A stretch of 34,562 nt of DNA from Octopus bimaculoides (GCF_001194135.2 NC_068984.1:96943047-96977608), one strand, 5' to 3'; shown: positions 1 to 11,110, numbered from the stretch's first letter. The notes: generated by a model not told the origin, from the letters alone. Translations and numbers: made by a program.

Positions 1-211
1 GTTCCAACGGTAGGTTCCTCGTTAGACGACACTCTTCCCCCCAACGGGGGAATGAACAACGCGTGCTTTCTACAAGCACTTAGTGTTTTCAAATGAAAAC
101 TCCAACAGTTACGAAATTCAACAATTTAACAAGAAACAGCAGTTATTATCAATAATAACACTAAGAAACAGCAATTTTCACCACGAACACATGTGCGACG
201 CGTAAGAAAGA

Positions 212-280
212 AAAGAGACAGACGAAATACCACTAAGCATTTCGCCTGGCGTGCTAACGTTTCTGCTAGCTTGCCGCCTT
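212..280 (-). mobile_element. 5' head fragment of Nin-type tRNA-derived SINE
   Basis: Reverse complement aaggcggcaagctagcagaaacgttagcacgccaggcgaaatgcttagtggtatttcgtc matches the heads of the + strand copies at 32885-33425. Confidence 0.75.
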
Positions 281-984
281 TTAACTTTCGGTTATTATCC
301 CATTCACACCCAGGATACATTATAGCATTGTTTTTCTTTGTAAACAAAAAAGGGGCAGGTTTTCGGAATGTGGTGAGGATTGACAAGAGGGCGGACAAAT
401 TACAGTTTATTAAAAAAATATTAAGATCATTTGAAACATGTAAAACTTAGTTGTCGAACACCATGGTGACAAGATCAGCGATATGCTCCCAAAGTGTTTC
501 TTGAAAATGTGAACGTAACAAAGCCCCATTTGCATCAAACTAATCCACTCATATTTGCTGCATTGCTTTCTGACTTGTGTCATTTAATTAACCTACTGCT
601 GTTTTATTGGCATTTTTCTCTTCTGTCTCAAGTTTCTCGTGAGTATTTACATATAATTTACTTTTTGCCAATGAATTTATAAAATTAAAGTTTCTTTCAA
701 CCTTTTTGTACTGTTTATATTTTTTTAGTTCAGTCTCAAAAGCTGTTATCTTTTTGGTTGTTAAAAAGGTAGACAAGTAGGGAAAATGCAGGCGAAGGCG
801 TGATAATTTTCTGAATAAAATAAGAATAAGAAGAAATGGAAATTTAAAAACATTGGAAAGGAAATTTTAAAAATATGTTTTAGTTTCATTCAAACGTAAA
901 GTATACACCTTCTTAGCATTTTAACTATCCTAGTGAAGAAAATTCCATATAGAATACCAGTATTTAAAAATTTGAAAATGTTCA

Positions 985-1143
985 GCAGGCATGGCTGTAT
1001 GGTAAGAAGCTTGCTTCCAATCCACATGGTTCTAGATTCAGTCCCGCTGCGTGGCACCTTGGGCAAGTATCTTCTACTATAGTTTCGGACCGACCAAACT
1101 CTTGTGAGTGGATTTGGTATACAGAAACTGAAAGTAGCTCGCC

Positions 1144-1181
<38 letters not shown>

Positions 1182-1245
1182 CTGTGTGTGTTTGTGCGTT
1201 TATGTGTGTGCATGTGCGTTTATGTGTGTGTGCGCGCGTGCGCGC
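985..1245 (+). mobile_element. CORE-like tRNA-derived SINE (head and core) ending in (TG)n
   Basis: A-box-like tggctgtatggtaag, B-box-like gattcagtcc, and core ggcaccttgggcaagtatcttc...gtgagtggatttggta...gaaactgaaag. Homologous to the copy at 20495-20890. Confidence 0.8.
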
Positions 1246-1749
1246 TTAATATTTTCGACTTATGGGTATGTCAATTAGTGTGTTGATATGTTGCATAAAG
1301 CACTAGCACGGTTTTGGCTACCTGGTGTCATCCGGAGTTGAGGTATATTTCCGTTGGTTCTACTTCAGGAATTCTGCAGTATTAGTTGAGATAATAATTT
1401 ATTAAAAAAATAGAAGATGGATTTGGTATTGGTCTTTATTTTGTACAACGATCGTTTTGACCCCCATCTTGCTAATTAAATCCCTCTTCCACAAGTCTCA
1501 TCCTGTCTATGCCCGTCTCCTATTTACTTTCTCTTGATTAAAAAAAATTTCTTTCTTTATTGTCTACAATGTATATGTTTATATTTACAATTATTTACTG
1601 TTTTTGTTATAAACATCTAATAATACAGACAATTGTAGCAACGCCTTATTCGCTAACTGGAGCGGGCAAATAACAACATGACCGCCCAAACTCGAGATCT
1701 TTAGGTCCACATATGCACGTATATATGTTTATATGTACATATATATATA

Positions 1750-2110
1750 TAGTTGAGCATTACAGAAAAACAAAAGACGAAGACAGGTGTATAATCAGCA
1801 AACAGGTGTATTAGTTTAACTCTCGGGAAAGTCTTTTACGTTTCGAGCCTACGCTCTTCAACAGAAAGGAACTCGACGAAATAAACAGAAAGAGAAAAAA
1901 AAAAACCTTTGGAGCTAGCGGTCAACCATGGCGGCTGGCTGGACAGGGGTAGGGGAGATAATAAAGTAATGGTGATCCCAAAACGAAGGTGCGCATGCGT
2001 GTGTATGTGAGAGTTTGTAAGTGTGTGTAAATGCATGCATCTGTAATGTGTAGGTGTGTGGATGATGGTGTGGGTATTGGGAAGTGTGAGTGTGTGTGAG
2101 TGCATATGTA
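1750..2110 (-). mobile_element. Penelope-like element 3' end / pLTR relic with hammerhead motif
   Basis: On the minus strand a CA-rich tract is followed by a pyrimidine-rich segment, then ctttctgttgaagagcgtaggctcgaaacgtaaaag (hammerhead-like), then gagttaaactaatac. The layout resembles the tail of the GIY-YIG element at 23431-25480. Confidence 0.6.
1833..1868 (-). ncRNA. Minimal type I hammerhead ribozyme-like motif with variant core (CUGUUGA)
   Basis: Stem I CUUU/AAAG, core CUGUUGA-A, stem II GAGC-guag-GCUC, then GAAAC-GUA. Stem III is the palindromic ACGU typical of PLE hammerheads. Position 6 is U rather than the canonical A. Confidence 0.6.
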
Positions 2111-2280
2111 TGTATGTATAGATAGATGATAGATATATAATAGATAGAATCTTTTCTGTTTTGCTGCCACTTTCAATTTCGTCGATTTTTTTCCAATTGA
2201 TTTCATATTTTGTGTAATGATATAGTTTTATTTACTTTATTTACATTGCACGGATATATGTCCTCATCTTGTTTGTTGTT

Positions 2281-2326
2281 ACCACAACGTTTCGTCTGAT
2301 TTACTCTCCAGCCTTCATCAGGTGTC
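2281..2326 (-). ncRNA. Minimal hammerhead ribozyme motif (left arm, copy 1)
   Basis: GACAC-CUGAUGA-A-GGCUG-gagagtaaat-CAGAC-GAAAC-GUU-GUGGU. Core intact; one mismatch in stem II and one in stem I. Confidence 0.7.
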
Positions 2327-2413
2327 CTGGTAGAATTTTGAACCCAACCCTGGGTTCTTATTCCTAAGGTATTTTTTGCTGATGTAATTATTATTTATTC
2401 AAGGTAGTGCCTG

Positions 2414-2455
<42 letters not shown>

Positions 2456-2497
2456 CTGAGGAATGAGAACCCATGGTTGGGCTCAAAATTCTACCAG

Positions 2498-2543
2498 GAT
2501 ACCTGATGAAAGCTGGAGAGTAAATCAGACGAAACGTTGTAGT
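2498..2543 (+). ncRNA. Minimal hammerhead ribozyme motif (right arm, copy 1)
   Basis: GAUAC-CUGAUGA-A-AGCUG-gagagtaaat-CAGAC-GAAAC-GUU-GUAGU. Core intact; stem II weakened by two mismatches. Confidence 0.65.
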
Positions 2544-2707
2544 AACAACAAACAAGATGAGGACACATTTCCGTCCAATGTAAATAAAGTAAATGTACAG
2601 AATACCTCATCTCTAGAATATAGAACAGTATGATGTAGTTTTGTATGGTAATTATTGACACGAAATTCACACACATGCTTATACATATATATATATATAT
2701 ATATATA

Positions 2708-3446
2708 NNNNNNNNNNNNNNNNNNNNNNNNNNNNNNNNNNNNNNNNNNNNNNNNNNNNNNNNNNNNNNNNNNNNNNNNNNNNNNNNNNNNNNNNNNNNN
2801 NNNNNNNNNNNNNNNNNNNNNNNNNNNNNNNNNNNNNNNNNNNNNNNNNNNNNNNNNNNNNNNNNNNNNNNNNNNNNNNNNNNNNNNNNNNNNNNNNNNN
2901 NNNNNNNNNNNNNNNNNNNNNNNNNNNNNNNNNNNNNNNNNNNNNNNNNNNNNNNNNNNNNNNNNNNNNNNNNNNNNNNNNNNNNNNNNNNNNNNNNNNN
3001 NNNNNNNNNNNNNNNNNNNNNNNNNNNNNNNNNNNNNNNNNNNNNNNNNNNNNNNNNNNNNNNNNNNNNNNNNNNNNNNNNNNNNNNNNNNNNNNNNNNN
3101 NNNNNNNNNNNNNNNNNNNNNNNNNNNNNNNNNNNNNNNNNNNNNNNNNNNNNNNNNNNNNNNNNNNNNNNNNNNNNNNNNNNNNNNNNNNNNNNNNNNN
3201 NNNNNNNNNNNNNNNNNNNNNNNNNNNNNNNNNNNNNNNNNNNNNNNNNNNNNNNNNNNNNNNNNNNNNNNNNNNNNNNNNNNNNNNNNNNNNNNNNNNN
3301 NNNNNNNNNNNNNNNNNNNNNNNNNNNNNNNNNNNNNNNNNNNNNNNNNNNNNNNNNNNNNNNNNNNNNNNNNNNNNNNNNNNNNNNNNNNNNNNNNNNN
3401 NNNNNNNNNNNNNNNNNNNNNNNNNNNNNNNNNNNNNNNNNNNNNN
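2708..3446. other. Assembly gap between (TA)n and (GT)n
   Basis: Run of N bordered by microsatellites. Confidence 1.
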
Positions 3447-3561
3447 GTGTGTATGTGTGTGTGTGTGTGGATAAATTAAGAAATGGAGTCAAACGCAGAT
3501 GTTATTCCTTGTAATTCGTATACATTCCCAAAATATACTTACATTATTTGTATATATATAT

Positions 3562-3996
3562 TCTTTCTTTTACTTGTTTTAGTCATTTGACTACGACCGT
3601 GCTGGGGCACTAGCTTTAGTCGAGCAAATCGACCCAGGACTTATTCTTTGTAAGCCTAGTACTTATTCTATCTTTGCCAAATCGCTAATTTACGGGGACA
3701 CACCAGCATTGATTGCCAAACGATGTTGGGGGGACAAACACAGACATATACACACATAAAGAAGCCCGTCGTGTATATGCAAGCTTCTTTCAGTTTCCGT
3801 CTGCTAAATCCACTCAGCCTGAAGCCATAGTAGAAGACACTAGCCCATGGTGCTACGCAGTGGAACTGAACCTGGAACGATGTAGTTGGTAAACAAGCTA
3901 CTTTATTTCATAAGTATTTGCCATAAAGGCATTACAAAGAGGGGACGAACAAGGACAGACAAACACGAAAGGTGTCACACAGCCACTCCTGCGCCT
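3562..3996 (-). mobile_element. Near full-length CORE-like SINE (head, core, internal microsatellite, tail); head interrupted at ~3905-3975
   Basis: Colinear with 20495-20890: gtcatttgact...gtcgagcaaatcgaccc...gcttctttcagtttccgtc...cacacagccactcctgcgcct. Confidence 0.85.
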
Positions 3997-4034
3997 GTAT
4001 ATATACACTCGTATATATTCATATGTACGTGGGT

Positions 4035-4190
4035 CTGTGGTAAAAAAAAGTTTACTTCCCAGCCACATAGACTGGGCCCAGTCCGAATGCATGGCACCTT
4101 ACGCAAATATCTTTTGCTATAGCCTCGGGCCGACCAATGCCATGTACGCGGATTTGGTAGTCGGAAACTGAAAGAAGCCTGTCGTTAGTA
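4035..4190 (+). mobile_element. CORE-like SINE head and core
   Basis: ggcacctt...ctatagcctcgggccgaccaatgcc...ggatttggtagtcggaaactgaaagaagcctgtcg followed by (TA)n. Confidence 0.75.
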
Positions 4191-4207
4191 TATATATATA
4201 TATATAT

Positions 4208-5027
4208 NNNNNNNNNNNNNNNNNNNNNNNNNNNNNNNNNNNNNNNNNNNNNNNNNNNNNNNNNNNNNNNNNNNNNNNNNNNNNNNNNNNNNNNNNNNNN
4301 NNNNNNNNNNNNNNNNNNNNNNNNNNNNNNNNNNNNNNNNNNNNNNNNNNNNNNNNNNNNNNNNNNNNNNNNNNNNNNNNNNNNNNNNNNNNNNNNNNNN
4401 NNNNNNNNNNNNNNNNNNNNNNNNNNNNNNNNNNNNNNNNNNNNNNNNNNNNNNNNNNNNNNNNNNNNNNNNNNNNNNNNNNNNNNNNNNNNNNNNNNNN
4501 NNNNNNNNNNNNNNNNNNNNNNNNNNNNNNNNNNNNNNNNNNNNNNNNNNNNNNNNNNNNNNNNNNNNNNNNNNNNNNNNNNNNNNNNNNNNNNNNNNNN
4601 NNNNNNNNNNNNNNNNNNNNNNNNNNNNNNNNNNNNNNNNNNNNNNNNNNNNNNNNNNNNNNNNNNNNNNNNNNNNNNNNNNNNNNNNNNNNNNNNNNNN
4701 NNNNNNNNNNNNNNNNNNNNNNNNNNNNNNNNNNNNNNNNNNNNNNNNNNNNNNNNNNNNNNNNNNNNNNNNNNNNNNNNNNNNNNNNNNNNNNNNNNNN
4801 NNNNNNNNNNNNNNNNNNNNNNNNNNNNNNNNNNNNNNNNNNNNNNNNNNNNNNNNNNNNNNNNNNNNNNNNNNNNNNNNNNNNNNNNNNNNNNNNNNNN
4901 NNNNNNNNNNNNNNNNNNNNNNNNNNNNNNNNNNNNNNNNNNNNNNNNNNNNNNNNNNNNNNNNNNNNNNNNNNNNNNNNNNNNNNNNNNNNNNNNNNNN
5001 NNNNNNNNNNNNNNNNNNNNNNNNNNN
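4208..5027. other. Assembly gap within (TA)n
   Basis: Run of N flanked by (TA)n on both sides. Confidence 1.
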
Positions 5028-5061
<34 letters not shown>

Positions 5062-5159
5062 TCACTCATATATAAATGTATGTATACTCACACATGCGCG
5101 CACAATATACACATGAAATGCACACACATATATACGTATATACGCACACACACACACAT

Positions 5160-5690
5160 GAAGACTTCTTTCGCTTTCTCTCTTTACACTTCCCTGGCTT
5201 CTTTTTCTGTCATCGCTCTTTCCGTTTCTTCCCCTTAATACCGACTCACGTTCTGTTTCTCTCTCTCTTACGCCTTCTTTTGCCTATCTTTATAACCTCT
5301 AGTTACCCTCTCACTATCCCTCCGGCTTTTAAACCCTTCGCTTTTTTTCATCTTACGTCTCTTTATCTCTTTCTTTCTCTTTAATTCAGTATGCTTTTCC
5401 CTAACCCACTCACACTCCGCTTCTCCTTTTCGTCGTCCTTCCTATATAATGCCGTAATTATCTTTATATATATATATATATATATGCATGTATATATCAT
5501 TGGCGTCCTTATTCTCTTTTTCTTGTTCGGTAATCTATGTGTTTTACCCATTCTCTCTCTCTCTTTCTCCCGTTTTCTCTCATTCGTTTATTACTCTGCC
5601 TCCTCTCCTCTTTCTCTCCCTCTTTTATTTTCTTTTTCTCCCCCTTAGCTTCTGTTTATGCTACACCACCTCCCTTTTGCCATTAAAGCC
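5160..5690. repeat. Long polypyrimidine (CT-rich) low-complexity tract
   Basis: Strongly C/T-biased + strand over ~500 bp, interrupted by a short (TA)n at ~5465-5485. Confidence 0.85.
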
Positions 5691-5699
5691 TTAGCAATG

Positions 5700-6023
5700 A
5701 TATCCTTCCGCGCTCGGCGTAGCAATTTACTCCCCGTCCTATGCCAAGTAACTCTGCTTCACTGCTACTCTTGTCGTTCAATAGAAATACTTGTACACCG
5801 CCGCCCGCCCGTCGATTAGCGCTATTACCGCTTTAAACACCCATACTGTACACACACAAGCACATTTCAACCTATACATTGACGGTCTGGGCAATTTATA
5901 CTAAAACAGCAATAATACATGAGGACGGAATAATTCCAAATCAAAAGCGACGTCGGATTCTTTTTTCTTGTTATCTTTAGCCACCATATCACCGTTTAAC
6001 ATGTAACTACATTCATTGATTCT
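5700..6023 (+). promoter_or_regulatory. Candidate promoter / non-coding first exon of the signal-peptide gene
   Basis: CpG-rich unique sequence (ccgcgctcggcg, ccgccgcccgcccgtcg) after the CT tract, with a possible donor TCT|GTAAGA at 6023/6024. No transcript evidence. Confidence 0.3.
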
Positions 6024-6284
6024 GTAAGAAAGCGACGACTATAATATATATTTTGTATTTTAATTTTATTTTGTTTTATATTCAAGCACATACGTTCACT
6101 CAACGTCACAAACATTTTATATATATATGTATACGCACTCAGTTATACATAAATTGGAGAAAAAAAAGAAACACTATACACATGTTTACGTATATGTTGA
6201 CGGTGTTGATATATAACAGCAAAAGAAGCGATAGATTTTATGTGAGCTGATCCTAAATATTCCGCTCTCCCGCCTTCACATTGT

Positions 6285-6318
6285 ACATATAGATATATAG
6301 ATATATATATATATATAC

Positions 6319-6379
<61 letters not shown>

Positions 6380-6412
6380 CATAAATATATATATATATAC
6401 ACACACACACAC
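6285..6412. repeat. (TA)n / (CA)n microsatellite
   Basis: Direct reading. Confidence 0.95.
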
Positions 6413-6779
6413 GAAATATATTCCCACTGGATTTTTAAAATTTATATATATATATCTATAAATTATATATATAGATAGGTATATATCTAAAGAAACTACC
6501 CTTTTTTGTAAAGAAAACCCCCAAAAAAATTACGAAAGAAAGGTGTTTTAATCTATTCTTTCTTGCCATTTATATTTTTTCAAATCAGTTTTTCTCAATC
6601 GCTCATTTCGGAATTTCAAAAGGAAAGATAAATACATACACACATATTTATCTTATATATATAGATTACATCTGAGTGTGTAAATATATATATGTCTGAT
6701 TGCTTTATTGGAGTTAGTTTCCCTGTTCCTATTGGTTCATAATCTGCATATATATATTTATACATAGATCAAAGTCGGA

Positions 6780-6872
6780 ATGGAAATGCTACTTAAAACG
6801 ACTTTACTTGTGTTCGGTCTGTTGTTGGCAGTACTACACAGCCAGGCCTCTACTACCGTCCCATTGTCACAG
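6780..6872 (+). CDS. First coding exon of an unidentified secreted or membrane protein (signal peptide)
   Basis: Translates to MEMLLKTTLLVFGLLLAVLHSQASTTVPLSQ: basic n-region, hydrophobic h-region, and an S-Q-A cleavage motif. Ends at a consensus donor CAG|GTGAGT (phase 0). Possible acceptor catag| at 6767. Confidence 0.65.
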
Positions 6873-7794
6873 GTGAGTAAATATAAACCTATACATTATT
6901 CTAATGGTTATATTTGTTTAAAAATACATTAAGAATTCATTTGTGTTGATACACACACACACTTAAATACATAACTATCTATCTATACACACACACACAT
7001 GTATATAATGTGTTTACGCCAACAGTTATGTCGCTATCTCAGTGACAATTTCAACAGGGTTTTTCACAGGTACACTTCCATATACCAGTTGAGTACACTG
7101 TTATATTTTGATCTTTTTTCTTTTACATACACACCAAGTCTTCTCTCTTTTTGTCTCACTTTACCGACATACAAACATGCACAAATTTCTATGTTAATGT
7201 TTGTGACCATATAATCACATTTCATGTTAATCTGGAGCAATAACACTCGCACTACTCTCACTTTTTCTCTTTCTCTACTCGCAGACAGGGTTCCATTGAT
7301 GAATTTTAAATAACCCATACAAAGTTTGTATACCGAAATCCTTCCTCATTTCCTAGCACACATATACATGCCCACATGTACACATATACATGTGCGTGCA
7401 TTCCTATAAAATAGAGTCGGAAAGTGTCTATTGTTCCGCCAACCGTAATTTCTTCGGATCTATAGGTTTTAAGCATCGTAGTTTACGAATGTGTAGAAAC
7501 GAAAAGGACATATTTCAGATTTATTTTACGCATGATTTTGAAGAATCAAATTCTTTGATGTTTAAGGCATATATATATATATATAAAATAACATTTCAAA
7601 AGAAAGTCAAATTACGGGAAGCGTGGGGTACTTTTCCTTTTTTTTGTTTTATTTTAATTTTTTAACTGGTTTGTCGTAGTCTACGATGCCTAAAAGAGTT
7701 CCAAAACAAAAAATTAATTACGGTTTTTGCTGCTCTAGATAATTTCAAATTAGATGCTAAAAGAATACCACAAGTACGTGTGTGTATCGCTTCC

Positions 7795-7838
7795 TTCTCT
7801 CTCTCTCTCTCTCTACACACACATCTATAGCTATCTAT

Positions 7839-7888
<50 letters not shown>

Positions 7889-7890
7889 GC
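7795..7890. repeat. (CT)n(CA)n...(TA)n compound microsatellite
   Basis: Direct reading. Confidence 0.9.
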
Positions 7891-9493
7891 ACGCACAAAT
7901 ATCGCTCACGGAATGAATGCCTTGCATACAAACCACACATAATAAACACATATAAACCCTTGGCGTACATGCGTGCTTCATAGTACTTAAGGAAAACCTG
8001 ACACATAAACATCCAACAATACAAGCTATCAGCCGAAAATTTATGAAAGGATAGGACGAGAAATGAGAATCTCAGAAAACTAGTCCTATAGTGTCGATGT
8101 GGTTATTAAGCTTAGCATGAAAAACGAAACCAACCAAATGAATACATTTAAAATAGGAATTAAAGTTAAGTCTTTGTGCCGCCAGGCGATATGAGAGACA
8201 ATTTAATGTTTCGGACAACACCCCTCTCCTGCTTAATGAACGGAAATAATGCCTTCTACGAAACATACTTCATATTTCTTTAATATATGTATATAAAGAT
8301 TTATATATTCTTAAAGCTTATTGTATTTTGGTAGGGTCATTATACCAATAATAATACTACACACACAGTGCATGTCATTATTATTGATGTAATGACTCTC
8401 TCAAGACAAGATTTGTTGCAACACGATTTCACATTAAGAATCGTGTAAACCAAATGCAAAAGTGAAGTAATCTCTTTAAAGGTTTGCTGGAAACTTAATG
8501 AATCCGACTTCCTTCCGAACGTTTGAACACACGCGCGCAAACAAAAGCATTATATCTGACTGAGGTGGACAAAGCAGATAGAAACAAAATAATCTACATA
8601 CGTTAGTAAATTGACTTGGCACATAAGGTAGACACACATACGTCGGTGAGTGTGTATGTATGTGTATATATATATATATGTTAATTCTGTATATATATAT
8701 ATAAAATTGCTTTAGTCTTAATTGCAATGACAAGATGTTTGAAGATAGAGAAAATATTTGAAAAAGGTATGGGAATTAATGAAGGTTTATTCACACCCAT
8801 ACATCCACGAATTTTTATATTCATGTATGCGTGAGTGTACACTCATGCATATACATACATTTGTTCTATTTATACACACATGCACGTATCCCGTTGCTGT
8901 GGTTTCTGTCAGACATAGTATTATCGTACACTGAATCTTGCTAGCGCCCCTATACCATAATATCAATTAGTTCTAAAGATAATTCTTAACGACGGTTCGA
9001 TTATTCTTAACAGATTTTGGAAAGAACGATGACCAAATCATCCATTTACAGACAGACATGCACACTCATTTCTGTTTGATATTAGCCTGCCTCTTTCTCA
9101 TAAATGTGTGTAACGAAATTCCAAAGACCAGGTTTTGTAACTAACATATAATTTGAGTATTTCGAAACTGATTTTGCTTTAGTGATGAGGAAAAGCAATT
9201 ACTAAACCACTAATACATATATGCATGTATGTATGCCCACCCAATCCAACTGGTTTCAGAATTATATGGCATCCCTACAGTTCGGTGCCTACTCCTCGCC
9301 GCTGACTTTTATTTCATCGCAACTTTGACAATTGCATATTTTTAAACGAAATTTTGCTGATGCTTTTCTCGAGGGTGTACAATTACCTTGATAAAATATA
9401 GAAAAGAGTTTTTTGCATGCACTTCTTTTAACTAGACTTTGTGATCACACCTTTGTGATTCTTTAACTCAAGCATTTTTCCACCTTTTTTCAG

Positions 9494-9521
9494 ATTTATA
9501 GACTTCGAATATCAACATTTG
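9494..9521 (+). CDS. Candidate 28-nt internal exon
   Basis: Acceptor ttttccacctttttttcag| and donor TTG|GTAATT. Open in phase 0 (IYRLRISTF) and phase 2 (FIDFEYQHL). No homology support. Confidence 0.25.
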
Positions 9522-10248
9522 GTAATTTACACACAAAGATGCATTTCTTCAAAACATTTAAAAACTCGGGGTGGGGGCGATAATCCCTATTATATGCCAG
9601 CATGTGTGTGTGTGTGTATGTGGTTCGAAATTGTACAAAAGACGGAAATAGGTTAGGGAACAACAAATGCGGTGTATTTGACGCTTGTGATCACAACTTG
9701 TTACTTGCAGAAACTAGATTGAAAAACATAAAATGTAAACAAGACAGAAAGATAGGTATACACTCATATAGACAGATGACCATGATAAAGGTGTGGTTAT
9801 GGGTAAGGTGTAGCGAGTTGAAATTGATGTAGAATTGCGATGGAAGTATTGAAGGTGGTGCTAGAAATAGTTTATATTTGTAGGTCCATTATAACCAAAT
9901 GGCGAAAAAGTTTGCAACCACAAGGTTCCGAGTTAAACTTCACAACATTGCATCATAGATAAATGTCATTTTCTAGAGCCTTAGTTTGAGACATACAATG
10001 TTTGTGAAACTGGGTGTGTGGAAACTGTTTAGAACCCCATCAAGGAGATGCTGTGATTCGAAAGATACAGTCATGTCACACACTGTTCTTCCTGAGAATT
10101 AAGTTAAGGGTACATGTGTCTGTGGAATGCTAAACCACTTAATTTGGAAACAGGAAATTCAGTACATGAAACAACTGAATTCTCATAAGAATGACAGAGA
10201 TCATACACATACATTGGATGTCTATGTGTAGACATATACATAGGTATC

Positions 10249-10280
<32 letters not shown>

Positions 10281-10989
10281 GGTTTCAGCAAGAGACTGTG
10301 GCCATGCTGGGGCACACTATTAGTGTTAATTCTTATTTTAGATTTATTTACTAGCCTTGTCTCCAGAATCCACTCCTAGTGAAGGAGTGAGTTGGACCTG
10401 GATGCCCTTCTTTGTGTTTCTTACTGTGATGTGGGTTCATCTGATATATCAGATAAAATTTTGTGTAATTGTTCTTGGAACATAGCCACATTTACTTCTC
10501 GTAGATCTCTGTGGGCTTTTCCAAGCTATTAAAAAAAGTTGTGGGTCTTTGAACCCTAAACTGTTGCAGTATTGGGTCCTTACAAACCAAGTAGATTCCT
10601 TGATACTATGCAATGATTTAAATTCCAGTGAATGGTATAATTTTCAGTCCCAGAGTTGAGATCTGTCAGTAGCATAGCTGGTTAGAGTGGCTGTCTATAT
10701 GATTGAGGGCATGTCTCCGAGAGCCACCACAAACAGTAGTTGTACAGCTACTTGAAAGACTCCACTTGGTATTGATGTTTCCTCAGAGAGAAAGACGGAA
10801 GAGGAGCAGTATTGGCTGCAACTGTCCTGACTTCTATTTTTAAAAAGTCATGCAGCTACTCCCTTAGTTTCTCAATGATACCAGTGTCATGCAGTTTGTG
10901 ACATATCATTCCATGATATATATATGTGTGCTTGTGTGTCTATACATATATATGTATAAGCAGAGGTTTGTACGTATATATATGTATAA

Positions 10990-11110
10990 TCATCTGGTTT
11001 CAGGTTCAGTCTCACTGTGCTGCACCTTGAACACGTATCTTCTACTAAAGCCCCTAAGCCACCCTTGTGAGCAGATTTCGCCAACAGGCACTGCAAGAAC
11101 CCCATCATAT
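10990..11110 (+). mobile_element. Degenerate CORE-like SINE core
   Basis: caggttcagtctcactgtgctgcaccttgaacacgtatcttctact...ttgtgagcagattt. Confidence 0.6.

Larger units (their letters stand above)
2230..2629. mobile_element. Fold-back (inverted-repeat) element with two hammerhead motifs, copy 1
   Basis: Left arm (~2230-2395) is the reverse complement of the right arm (~2450-2600), with (AAT)n in the centre. Flanked by atgatatagtttt (2217-2229) and atgatgtagtttt (2630-2642). Homologous to 19671-20002. Confidence 0.85.

Noticed and set aside
35-52. Small hairpin ttccccc-caac-gggggaa
   Set aside because: 7-bp stem with no supporting context; expected by chance.
2491-5069. Long ORFs of 270-340 aa in the ORF track
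   Set aside because: Made up almost entirely of X from N-gaps and (TA)n/(GT)n repeats.
5903-6002. Minus-strand short ORF MLNGDMVAKDNKKKESDVAFDLELFRPHVLLLF
   Set aside because: 33 codons, no recognisable motif, and only a weak donor.
7026-7069. Possible exon LCRYLSDNFNRVFHR ending in CAG|GTACAC
   Set aside because: The acceptor lacks a polypyrimidine tract; it fits a phase-consistent chain only by ad hoc choice.
7285-7315. Strong acceptor ctttttctctttctctactcgcag
   Set aside because: All frames stop within about 10 codons and no donor follows; at best an alternative terminal exon, unsupported.
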